From the NCBI GenBank assembly GCA_951406725.2, contig OX597816.1:58032001-58096000 (forward strand): 64,000 nt of DNA. The letters run 5' to 3'. The position numbers and the translations under genes were made by a program. The notes under the pieces are model-generated. The model did not search any database. It was not told where the DNA came from and was given only the letters and a program-made list of their open reading frames with translations. Of the stretch, positions 35,690 through 48,099 are shown one piece after another. Position 1 is the stretch's first letter. Every line of letters starts with the position of its first letter. This DNA comes from Octopus vulgaris. Lineage: Eukaryota.

Positions 35690-37490
35690 CAAAATAATTA
35701 CATCACTGCTATAAAGGTAAAGGTGATGCCTTAGATAGAACTAAGGTATCAAATTGTCGAATCAGGTGATGAAAGTTGTGGAGAGAGTCGTAGCCCAACT
35801 AATTTGGGAGAGAGTCAGCCTAGATGAGATGCAGTTTGGTTTTGTGCCAGAGGGAAGCACTACTGATGCTATATTTCTGGCAAGGCAACTGCAGGAGAAA
35901 TACCTCACCAAAGATAAACCTCTCTACCTAGCTTTCGTTGATCTGGAGAAAGCTTTTGACAGTTCCCTGATCCATTATGTGGTGGTCAATGCAGAAACTA
36001 GGGATAGATAAGTGGTTGGTGAGAGCTGTACAACCCTCAGTGAGGGTTGGCAATGTGTATAGCAAAGAATTCAGGGTACAAGTAGGGGTTCACCAAGGAT
36101 CGGTGCTCAGCCCCCTCTTGTTCATCATAGTCCTCCAGGCAATAACAGAGGAATTCAAGACAGGCTGCCCCTAGGTGCTCCTCTATGCTGATGACCTTGC
36201 TCTAATAGCTGAATCACTACCAGAACTAGAGAAGTTCTAGGTATAGAAGCAAGATCTAGAATCAAAGGGCGTTAGAGTTAACCTAGCAAAAACCAAAGTC
36301 ATGGTAAGTAGGAAGGCAGATAAATCCCTTCAGGTAGATGGCCCTGCTCAATCTGTAGGAAAGGTATAGGTAGAAACTCCATAAGATGCACCCAGTGCAA
36401 GCTATGGACACATAAAAAGTGCAGCAACATCAGAGGACGGTTAACAGGAAACTAAGTTTTGTATGTGTAAGGTGCACAGGTACAATAAATGCTGAAAAGA
36501 GACTCCATCAACTGCCGGGGGTGGGGTGGGAGCCAATCTAGAGGTAATAGATAGCTTCTGTTATCTAGGTGACCAAGTTAGTAGTGGAGGTGGTTGCTCA
36601 AGAGTGTAGCTGTGAAAATAAGATTAGGCTGGGCAAAGTTCAGAGAGCTCCTATCCCTGCTGGCAGCAAAGGACCTTTCTCTCAGAGTGAAAGGCAGATT
36701 GTATGATGCCTGTGTGCAAACAGCCGTACTGCCTAGCAGGGAAACCTTGACTATAACAACCAAGGGCATGCGTAGGTTTTGCTGGATGTGCAATGTCACT
36801 GTGCACGTTTTACAGTGTAAAAGCATCTTGGGAGAAAAGTTAGGAATAAAAGGAATCATATGTGATGTGCAAGAGAGACAACTGTGCTAGTATGGTCATG
36901 TGACATGTATGGATGCAGACAGCTGTGTAAAGAAGTGCCAATCTGTAACTGTGGAGGGAACTTGTGGTAGAGGTAGACCCAGGAAGACATGGGATGAGGT
37001 GGTGAAGCATGATCTTCGAGTTTCGCAGAGGGAGTGATTGGTGACTGAGACCGTTGGTGATGTGCTGTGCTCGAGAGGACCCATCAAGCCAAGTGTACCC
37101 ATGCTGGTGGCGCGTAAACAATATCGTTTGAATGTTGGGCCTAGTGGAGGCAAAGTGGCTGAGTTCCTTTCGTGTGTTGGGCTTCACGGAGGCAATGACC
37201 AAGACCTTTGGCATTATGTCATGCATGAAAAGAAGACCCATCAAACCAAACAAAATTGCAGTTTGGGCAGATACCAGTGTCATGCATATTGGCACCCATG
37301 CTGGTGGCATGTAAAAGCCCCCATTACACTTTCAGAGTGTTGGGTGTTAGGAGGGGTATCCAGCCATAGAAAACCATGCCAAATCTGACTGGAGCCTGGT
37401 ACAGCCTTCCAGCTTACCAGCCCAGTCAAACCATCCAACCCATGCCAGCATGTACAATAGACGTTAAATGATGATGATGATGATGGTGAC
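35690..37490 (+). mobile_element. Decayed RTE LINE (RT core to (GAT)n tail) in NDUFB9 intron 3
   Basis: QFGFVP.GSTTDAIF, AFVDLEKAFD, GVHQGSVLSPLLF, LLYADDL, VKGRLYDACV. Contains stops and frameshifts. Confidence 0.9.
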
Positions 37491-37780
37491 AGTCCCAGAG
37501 ACACCTCATCAGTGTCCTGGGCACTGATAAGGTTAAGTGGTGCAAGATTGCATAACGTTTCTACAACAGTATTTTGACAGTTTGACGAAACACGTGCATG
37601 TCATATAAAGCATTGAATACTGTACCTGCTTTCTGCGTATTTGTATTCATGCATATATATTTATGTATACACACACATCACACACTCATCTACACATATA
37701 CCTGTACAGATGCATAAACTCATACACATACGTATGTATGTACCTTCATAATGAGATTCTTTCGATTGATTCTTCTGCAG

Positions 37781-37912
37781 ATTTTGGACACTTGGACACC
37801 ACAGGAAAAGGCTCAATATCCAGAATATTTTGCCCGACGTGAAATTAGAAAACGAGAATACATTGAAAGGTGGGAAAACAAGTACGGCAAGACAAGCAAT
37901 GATGCTCATTGA
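37781..37912 (+). CDS. NDUFB9: NDUFB9 exon 4 (terminal coding exon)
   Basis: Acceptor tcttctgcag|, ILDTWTPQEKAQYPEYFARREIRKREYIERWENKYGKTSNDAH then TGA. Confidence 0.95.
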   Translation: MLDTWTPQEKAQYPEYFARREIRKREYIERWENKYGKTSNDAH

Positions 37913-37967
37913 GAAGTGTCGTTAATTATGTTGTTTTAATTATTAATTTAATTAAGTTAGGACTCTC

Positions 37968-37973
37968 AATAAA
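37968..37973 (+). terminator. Putative polyadenylation signal of NDUFB9
   Basis: AATAAA 55 nt after the stop codon, followed by a T/GT-rich tract. Confidence 0.6.
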
Positions 37974-40089
37974 TTTTCTTTTTTCTTTTTAATTGTTGAT
38001 TGCTTTTGTTTATTTTTTCTGTTCCTTCTACCTCAACCTCCTTACTTTGATAAACCAGAGTTAAATCATGGGAAGTCATACACTGGGTGTTTATTACAAA
38101 GTCACATCATCATCATCATCATCATCATCATATGTCTGTTTTCTATGCTGGCATGGTTTGGACAGTTTGACTGAAAATTGGTAAGCCAGGCTCTGATCTG
38201 ATTTGGCAAGGTTTCTACGGCTGGATAACCTTCGTAATGCCAACCACTCTGAGACCATTTGAGCGTGATCATTGCCAGCATCGCCTTACCGGCACATGTG
38301 CTGGTGGCACGCGAAAACCAACATTCGAGCGTCGTCGTTGCCAGTGCCGCCAGACTGGCTCCTGTACAGGTAGCATGTAAAAAATACCTTTTGAGAGTGA
38401 TCGTTGCCAGAACCGCCTGACTGGCCCTCGTGCCAGTGGCACGTAAAAGCACCCACTACACTCTCGGAGTGGTTGCCATTAGGAAGGGCATCCAGCTGTA
38501 GAAACTTTGCCAGATCTGATTGGAGATTGGTGCAGCCTTCTGGCTCACCAGTCCTCAGTCAAAACGTCCAACCCATGCCAGCATGGAAAGTGGGCGTTAA
38601 ACGACGACGATGATGATGATAAAACTTTTTCAGAGCCTCTGAAATGAGTGGAATTTGTGTTTAAAGCCAGCAAATATTTCTGCTGTGGTCAGCTGCTGAC
38701 CCTTTATAATAAATATAGAAGTACTACTCACACCATACATGTATGGTCTGGTGTGATGCTGCTGCTACATTTACACAGACCCTGGGGTGGAGGAATGATT
38801 GACAGATACTCAACCAACAGTGTTCTTTCTTCAGTCAGACCTACTTACCTACCTACATCATCATCATCATCATTATTTAGCATCTGTTGTCCATGCTGGC
38901 TTGAGTTGGACGATTTGACCAGGTCTGGCAAGCTGGAAGGCTGCACCAGACCCCAGTCTGATTTGGCATAGTTTCTATGGTTGGATACCATTCCGAGAAT
39001 ATAATAGGTTCTTTTACTTGCCATTTGTGTGACACCAGTATCTGCCATGATTGCAATTTTACTTGACTTGAGGGGTCTTCTTCTCAAGCACGACATAATG
39101 CCAAAAATCTCAGTCATTGTCTCTGTGAGGCCCAACACTCGAAAGGAGTTTTTCATGTGCCACTGTGACGCCCAATGCTCAAAAGGCAGATATATATCAC
39201 CCATCACCCATGCTGGTGCCATGTAAAAAGCACCCAGCACATTCTTGGCATTAGGAAAGGTAGCCAACCATAAAAACCTTGCCAAAACAATCTGTTGGTG
39301 CCTGGACAGCTCTTGTCAAATTGTCCAACCGATGCCAGTATGGAGAATCAATGTTAAATGATGATGGTGATGCACATACATGCATTCATATAGATTCAAG
39401 CAAAGAAACCTAACCTCATTATTGGTAAACTCTTGCATCAATTTACCATCCAACTAATTGATCACCACCAACCAATTGATCATCTGTCAGCTAATTGAAC
39501 ACATGCCAATCGGGTAAACACGGAAGCCAGATAAGACTCCATTCTCACTAGAAAAAGTGGGTAGACGTTTGGTTGTGAATGTAGGGGGAAGAGTGTACCA
39601 TCCAACATAGAGAGAAGTTAAGTGACTTTAGAGTAAGTGGACTTCAACACAGACAGAAGGCAATCTGGAAAAGAGGGAACTTGGGAATTGAAAAAACCAA
39701 CAGCAACAACTTTAGATATGATCTGCAATATGATCTGCTTGAGAAGACCTGCTGAGTCAAGTAAAACCAATATCGTAGCTGTGGCCAGTGCTCCCTGAAT
39801 GGCTTCCGTGCCGGTGGTACGTAAAAAGCACCATCCGAACGTGGCCGATGCAAGTACCCCTTGATTGGCCTCCGTGCCGGTGGCACGTAAAAAACACTAT
39901 CCGAACGTGATCGTGACGCATTAGAGAACGTGAGGTGACGCATTAGAGAGGTCAAACTACAGAAGTATTAAATTTGTTAGGGTTATGAAGATTGTACAAA
40001 GTTATGGCACAATTGATTACAAAACGAGAGAGTATACATTTCATGTAGTTTGGTGCCGGGAAGAAGTAAAACCATCTTCATAGACAGTT

Positions 40090-41460
40090 TCAGGTGAAGC
40101 ATTTAGCCAAGAATAAACCCCTATAAGTGGCTTTTGATAACTTGGAGAAGGCCTTTATAGGGTTCCTGTTCCATGATCTGGTGGTGAAAGCGGAAGCTTG
40201 GAATTGGACGAATAGCTAGTGAATGTAGAGTGATTGATTCGCTGTGAAGGTGGGGATATGCCTGGGCTAGGTCCTTCAAGGTGGGGACATGCAACCCCAG
40301 ATATAGAGGCAAAACCTGAAATCAAGGGTCAGCGAAGGGAATTTAGTAAATACTAAAAATAAGCAAGAAAACTATGCTTCTCCCATCAGGGAAATGGCCT
40401 GGCTTGATATTCCATACGGTGGACCAATGTCAATCATGGATGTCCAAGAAGTGACAGATGCACAGGAGAAGTAAGTACTAAGAGCACTCGCGGCATAGAT
40501 TCCCTCCAGAATCCATAGGGAGGTTCTCGAGTCGAAGTTGACAACTGTTAGCTAGGAGACCTAATTAGTAGGTGGGAGTGGAGGTTCTGAGAGGGTAGTG
40601 TCTAGAGGAAATCCAGAGAGTTCTTTACCTCTGTTGGGAACGAAGGACTTTTCTGTCAGAGTGAAGGGGAGTTTGTGTGATTATTGAGCGCGAGTTGGCA
40701 GAAACGCTAGCACGCCGGGCGAAATGCTTAGCGGTATTTCGTTTGCCGTTACGTTCTGAGTTCAAATTCCGCCGAGGTCGATTTTGCCTTTCATCCTTTC
40801 GGAGTCGATAAATTAAGTACCAGTTACGCACTGGGGTCGATATAATCGACTTAATCCGTTTGTCTGTCCTTGTTCGTCCCATCTGTGTTTAGTTCCTTGT
40901 GGGTAGTAAAGAAATAGGTATTTCGTCTGCCGCTACGTTCTGAGTTCAAATTCCGCCGAGGTTGACTTTACCTTTCGACCTTTCGGGGTCGATTAAATAA
41001 GTACCAGTTACGCACTGAGATCGATTTAATCCGTTTGTCTGTCCTCTCTGTGTGTTGCCCCTTGTTGGTAGTAAAGGGAAATGTATGATTGTTGAGCGCG
41101 ATGTGCGATATTACAAGGTAGTAGGACGTGGGACTTGAACGCAAGAGATCTGCGAAAGCTAGAAAGAAACAAAGCGAGCATGTTCCAGTGGGGGCAGAAG
41201 TGAGCTGAGAAGGAAACTGAACATAAGAGGAATGAGACGTATTGTGGAAGAGAGGTGATTGCGCTGATATGGATATGTGACGCGCATGGAGGAGAGCTGA
41301 GTAAAGATGTGCCGTACACTTGAAATAAATGTAAGCTGAGGAAGGAAATCAAGGATGAAAGCGGAGCAAAGTGGTGCAGTCATATCTAAAGCTATTACAA
41401 CTTCCGAAGGAGATGAGAAAAGACCGCATTGATTGGTGATTTAGCTTTGCAGATAAAACT
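40090..41460 (+). mobile_element. Highly decayed RTE LINE interrupted by a family B SINE dimer (about 40690-41080)
   Basis: Remnants KHLAKNKPL..LEKAF and DLRKLERN. The SINE is flanked by an imperfect TSD tgattrttgagcgcga. Confidence 0.6.
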
Positions 41461-41685
41461 CACCACTCCATCCGTTTAATCTGCTCAAGTGTAGCAAAAC
41501 ATGTTCAAATTATGCATGTTTGAATATCTACAGGCATGTGTTGTAAGGTATCTCCGTTTTTTTTTTTTTTTGTTTTTTTCATTCTCTCTCCATCTTTTTT
41601 TTTACCTCTTATTCCTTTCTGTCGAAGAGCGCGGGCTCGAAACATAGAAGACTTTTTCATTTTCTCCCGAGAGTTAAACTAATAC

Positions 41686-41827
<142 letters not shown>

Positions 41828-41894
41828 ATGTATGTATGTGTGTGTGTGTGTGTGCGTGCGTGCGTGTATGTATGTATATATGTATGTATGTATA

Positions 41895-42810
41895 AACGGC
41901 ATGAGAGACCGAACATACCTTCAGTCAGATCTGTTTGCTATTGTCCAATGGGCGGGGAAAAAACAAAATTCTTTTAAATGAAGATAAGTTTGATTTGATC
42001 CACTTTGGTAAAGAAGAAACTCTGAAATTACCATCTGCTCTTCCCTAGTGTCACCCTACAACACCAGAGATCTTGGAGTAATTGTTGATAACAATCTAAG
42101 CAGGAGTTCCCGCGTAAACAGCAAGGTTGTCTTGGCCCGCAAGATGTGCTCCTGGATTCTGAGAACTTTCCGGTCTAGAGATACCTACACCATCATCCTT
42201 CTCTACTCCACTTTTGCCCGCCCCCCCACCTTGAATACTGTTGCCCACTGTGGTCCCACCATACGAACCAACTCATTATGAAAGTAGAAGCATTCCAGAG
42301 GTCAATGACAAGAAAGATAGACGGCATGAGAGGTACTAATTATTGGATTCGACTAAAAATAACTCAATCTCTATTCTCTCCAACGCCACCCGGGAGCGCT
42401 ACATCATTTGTATTATGTCGAAAATATTCCATCAATATTGCACAAATGATGTTGGCGTCAATTTTAAAATCTGCCCAAGACTTGGCCCACATGCTATCCG
42501 CCCACTACAAAATCCGAACTCGTACACATAGCAACATTACGTCATAACTACTTTTACCTCAACCGGTCCAGCTCTCTTTAATACCATACCAAAATACGTC
42601 AAAACGGAAACGGATACCATAAAATTCAAAAGTTCTCTGGACAAATTTCATCAAAAAACCCCGGACCAACCTCCTACACCCGGATATGTCTCCAGCAATA
42701 ATAACTCTTTACTAGAGTAGGCCATGGTGCCCCATATATGACTAAAAGACTTTACCAGGTGGTGCTATTAAGTTAGACATGGCCTGGGCTTATACTAGCC
42801 GAAACCCATC
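41895..42810 (+). mobile_element. Decayed CR1-like LINE 3' part
   Basis: LQSDL..IVQW, RDLGVIVDNNLS, WILRTFRSRD, VEAFQRSMTRKIDGM. Confidence 0.8.
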
Positions 42811-42827
42811 AAAGTTATGTGTGTGTG

Positions 42828-42881
<54 letters not shown>

Positions 42882-42892
42882 ATATATATGTG

Positions 42893-42932
<40 letters not shown>

Positions 42933-42937
42933 CATAC

Positions 42938-43000
<63 letters not shown>

Positions 43001-43079
43001 TACATACATACATAGAAATAATATATTTCTAAATCTCTGAAAGAGATTTATGCATTAGCAGCACGATAAAGTGATAGCA

Positions 43080-43265
43080 TGTCGTCAACTTAATATGACA
43101 GTCCCATAAAAGGGAAGAATGCTACTGTTATATAGCCCTAGGAAACACCGTGTCAAGTCCAACAGGAAGCACTGTTTCCTGTTGGACTTGACACGGTGTT
43201 TCCTAGGGCTAAATAGCAGTAGCATTCTTCCCTTTAAGGGACTGTCACATTAAGTTGGCAACATA
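43080..43265. repeat. Near-perfect hairpin (about 90-bp arms, about 7-nt loop)
   Basis: ...ccctaggaaacaccgtgtcaagtccaacaggaa-gcactgt-ttcctgttggacttgacacggtgtttcctaggg... Confidence 0.85.
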
Positions 43266-43398
43266 ACATCAACCTTATATATATACTTTCAACCTTTCAG
43301 GATCGATAGAAATAAGTACCATTTGAACGCTGGGGGGTCGATGTTATCGACTTCCCCGCTCTCCTAAAATTGCTGGCCTTGCAAGCAAAACTTGAAAC

Positions 43399-43456
<58 letters not shown>

Positions 43457-44151
43457 GATGTTATTGTTGATGACGACGATGATAATGACGGTACTGAAAT
43501 GGTTATTGTTAGGTTTTTGATGAGATTCACAGATGCGTGGAAGACAGTGACAAAAAAATAAACGGTTTATAAGGAATCTAGGTTAGCGTTTGTGGCAGTG
43601 CTGTGGAATTGGGTTAGTATTCTGCAGAGAGAAGAACAATTGCAGCCACGAACCACCGAAGTGCTAGCTGGGACGGGGTGAGGAGCAGTGGAGATGAAAA
43701 CAAATTAGAATACTGGGAGCGATTAGTTAATGTAGAGGTTGTTGTTTAACCCCAGGTCAACGCTGATCGAGCAGGCCTATGATCATAGGTACACCCCTCA
43801 TAATCGTGCTGTCTCTTTCCTATGTAGATTGAACCCACGATCACATTAATCAATGTGAAGATAAAGAGCTGGATTCGAACGAGAACCGTATTCACAATGC
43901 TCAAACTTATGATAAATATGTGTGAGTAGGCACATATATATATAAAAGATTTTCCTAAATTAAAAATTCTTCATTAGATAAACACATGTAACACATATAA
44001 CACATGTATGATAGAAGTTTTTTGTTTAAGTGCTTTCACTGTCTTCAACTTTTTCAAACACACGTAGTATAAGATATAATACATATATGTATGTATATAC
44101 GTCTCTCTCTCTCCCTCTCTCTCTATGTCTGTCTGTCTATCTGTCTGTCGA

Positions 44152-44222
<71 letters not shown>

Positions 44223-44223
44223 G

Positions 44224-44275
<52 letters not shown>

Positions 44276-44277
<2 letters not shown>

Positions 44278-45555
44278 AGGTTATCCCATAAGTTCTGTCC
44301 AAATTTTGAATAAAGAAAACGAGTGATCAAATGTTATGTTTAATTGGAATTTAATCATCAATGTTCTTTCCCTGATTATCTATGGCTTCCTTCCATCTAT
44401 TTACAAGCTTTTTAATCCTTTCAATGTAAAACGCTTTTTGTTTCAAAGCGAAGAACTCTGAAATGTCAATTTCGACCTTCTCCTGGCTTGCGAAAGTTAT
44501 GTCCCCCAAAATGATCCTATAAACTACGAAACAAATGGTAGTCTGAATGAGCAAGGTCGGGAGAATAAAGTGGATGAGGAATTTCTTCCCAACCAAACTC
44601 TTAGTTCTTCTGTGTTGTGGTCTTCGCAGTGTCGGGTCGCGCATTGTCCTGATTAAACATCACTGTTTCTCGATTCATTTAAGCGGGTCTTTTTTTCTTC
44701 AAAGCTTTGTTCAAACGCTCTAATTACTGACAGTAGACTTGAGCATTGATTGTTGCATTAGGTGGTAACAATTCAAAGTGAATTACTCCTTTGCAAAACC
44801 ACCAGATAGAGAGAAGAACCTTTTTTCTATGAAGTTCCCTTCTCAGTTGTGGTTGAGCTTTTTCCCTTTTACCAAGCGACTGTTTACGACGTTTAACATT
44901 TCGATAGAAGATCCATTTTCGTCACCAGTCACAAGTGTATCCAAAAAGGGTCAAATGAGAACGGAGAGAAGAGCAGATGCCAACTTGGGATTTGCAGTTG
45001 CTTTCGGACAATTCATGAGGCATCTATTTCCCAAGTTTAGGAACCTTTCCAATTTGTTGAAGATGACGATGAACAGTTGTATGGTTTGAACTAAGCTTTA
45101 TTGCCAATTCTTCAACTAATAATGCAGGATTTTCTTCAAGTAACGCCTCAAGGAGCTTATCATCAAACTCAACTGGACGTCCTGTTCGGTCTTCATCTTC
45201 AAGGCTGAAATCCCCACTTTTGAATTTTGCAAACCATTTTCTGCAAGTTCTTTCATCCAAACATTCTTTCCAATAAACTGAGTATATGTTTCGAGTCGCT
45301 TCGGCTGCAGAGTTTCCTTTTTTGTACTCATAAAACATTATGTGTCTTAAATGCCCATTGGATTCTTCCATGTTAGAAAGGGTTTTAATCAAAGAAATTT
45401 TAATTCTATTATTCTGTAAAATAATATTTAATTAGTTTAAATGTATACAAATGCATAAAAATAATTTTTAATTCCATTAGACATTCTAAAATACTATTAA
45501 ATTTCATTCAATTTTAAAAGAGGTAAAATCGGACAGAACTTATGGGATGCCCTGA
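44276..45555 (-). mobile_element. Full-length mariner (Mos1/Hsmar-like) element with inactivated transposase
   Basis: TA-flanked TIRs tcaggttatcccataagttctgtcc / ggacagaacttatgggatgccctga. HTH region HLRHIMFYEYKKGNSAAEATRNI..WFAKFKSGDFSLED..TGRP. 1280 bp. Confidence 0.92.
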
Positions 45556-45590
<35 letters not shown>

Positions 45591-45597
45591 CTGTCTG

Positions 45598-45640
<43 letters not shown>

Positions 45641-45725
45641 GGCTAATAAAGAAACATATCTATCTAACTGTTTGTATGTATGTGTGTGTGTGTATGTATG
45701 TATGATGTATGTGTGTATGTGTATG

Positions 45726-45763
<38 letters not shown>

Positions 45764-46479
45764 TATAATGCACTGTTGTATAGAGTGCTCTGATGCACTG
45801 CAACTCATCGGGAAATGGCAAGGACGGAAAACAGCTGTGTATAAACTAAGGAAAGATATAAACGAAAGCTAGAAGTACATGCATAGTCCACGGAATAAAA
45901 CACACACACACACAAAAACAACAACCCAGAAAACTAGAAGTTAAAAGCGTCATTAAGAGAAGAGGGTACATAAATACATCAGGAGCAGTGTTGGCGAATT
46001 TTAGGGAGTCTGGAATTTTCTAATGAGACAGCGCCCCAACAGGTAACGATTCATGCAGGTAGTTTATTCCATGCTTCGCCATTTCTGAGTGTGACAAAAA
46101 AAAAAAAAAAAAAAAGAAGATACTTCCGAAAGTCGCGTGAGCTGCACTGTTTTCTGATTTAAGAAGCGCGTATAATGAAAATGTTGAAAAAAGGACCAAT
46201 GCAAATTAATCTCCATTGTCTCCTCTTTATTGAATTAAAATTTCATACAGCTATTTGTAAAAATACGGGAGTTATTAAAAATTAAATCCCTTCGGTGACT
46301 TTTGGGGTCACCTTATACACACACACACCACCACCGCGCGCCCAGTTTTAGCCAAGAAATAATACAATCATTGCCAGGAAAAGAGAATATCAAACCTTCA
46401 AAGAGAGAAACTTCACTCAATATACCTTATACACACACACCACCGCGCGCGCATACACACGCACACATTTATTTACATA

Positions 46480-46693
46480 CGAAGAGGTGTTGAGAAGTTC
46501 CTGGCCTTGGGTAAAAGAAAATAGAGGAAGATCAGTTAATTATGATTTTATTCAACATATTCTCCTCTCATATTCTCACTTATTGTAGCAGTCCTTCAGT
46601 TTTTCTGAACCCTGTAAAAGAACTCCGGAGGTTAGGCCCCCAGCCAGGCCTTTCCAATAGCCTTAAAGCCAGGAACTTTTTAGCACCCCCTCA
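46480..46693. mobile_element. mariner-type MITE
   Basis: TA-flanked TIRs cgaagaggtgttgagaagttcctggc / gccaggaactttttagcaccccctca. Confidence 0.65.
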
Positions 46694-46748
46694 TATATGT
46701 ATATATATACATATACATACATACATCATACATACATACATACATACA

Positions 46749-46780
<32 letters not shown>

Positions 46781-47433
46781 AAGTTAATCCAAAGAAGAGA
46801 ACACAAAAAAAAACACAACAACGCGAGGACGTGGAACAAATATAGTATTATTGGACGCTCAGGAAAGAAGGAAAGAAGGAGGGTTTAACGTTTCGAGCGG
46901 AGCTCTTCGTCGGAAACATAGGAGAAGGAAAGATCCAGAGAAGGGAAGACAGGAAAATACATATACATATACATACATACGCACACACACACACGCGCGC
47001 GCATACACATATATATGTATATGTATGTATGTATATATTAATTTGCGTCTAACCACTTTAATAATCTTATAATTTTCACTTTACCATTTTACTGAATCAG
47101 CCACTAATTCCAATGGTATATTCTATAAACTGACATGCCAGTTTAGCTTATCCGTCGACAATGGAGTAGCGTCACTGATGAGGATTAATCTGTCCGAAAT
47201 CAGCCGGCCGGTGTGACGTCCTCGCTTGCTGTGGGGAGGTTGCCTCCCTTGTCAGCGAACAAGAAATGCTCTGTTCGTGGCTAAGAGTTGTTTTGACTCT
47301 TATTTCTAGCGTCCTTAGTCACTTTTAGTGACGATTGTATTTGTGTCTATATATATTTGTATGTATGTATATTATGTATGTATATATGTATGTACGAACG
47401 TGTGTGAGTTAGGGTGTTCGACACATGATCACA

Positions 47434-47665
47434 AGGCGGCGAGCTGGCAGAAACGTTTGCACGCCGGGCCAAATGCCTAGCGGTACTTCGTCTGCCGCTA
47501 CGTTCTGAGTTCAAATTCCGCTGAGGTCAACTTTGCCTTTCATCCTTTCGGGGTCGATTAAATAAGTACCAGTTACCCACTGGGGTCGATATAATCGACT
47601 TAGTACGTTTGTCTGTCCTTGTTTGTCCTCTCTGTGTTTAGCCCCTTGTGGGCAGTAAAGAAATA
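47434..47665 (+). mobile_element. Family B SINE
   Basis: Colinear with 2122-2349. Confidence 0.8.
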
Positions 47666-48099
47666 GATCGTAAGTTCAATTTCATGACTGGATGGTGCGT
47701 TCTATCCTTGAACAAAGTACTTATTTCATGTTAGCCTAGTTCACTCAGCTGATAATAAGTGAAATTAGTCGCTTGGAAGCGAACTAACTGTGTAATGGTG
47801 CCTCGTTTAACGGGTGAGAAATAACGATAAGCTCCGGCCTAAAGAAGCTATAGGTTGGGTGACACACGTACGTGCGCGTGCGTGTCCACACATATGTGAG
47901 TGTGCGCATGCGTATGTGTGGCGTATATTATATTCTTCTCGAGAGCACTATGGACGCATTTTCACAGCCTGGCAACAAACGCAGAATGTGTGGAAAATAA
48001 AACGTATTAACCATGTTCTAAGTGAGCGTAGCAAGCTAGCAGAGAGGGGGGAGGGAGAGAGAGAGAAGGGGTGGCGGGTATGAGTGTGTCAGTAAAGAA

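Noticed and set aside
22905-37912. NDUFB9 shorter than the mammalian protein
   Set aside because: From recollection, insect B22 orthologues are also about this length and end similarly, so it is not a truncation.
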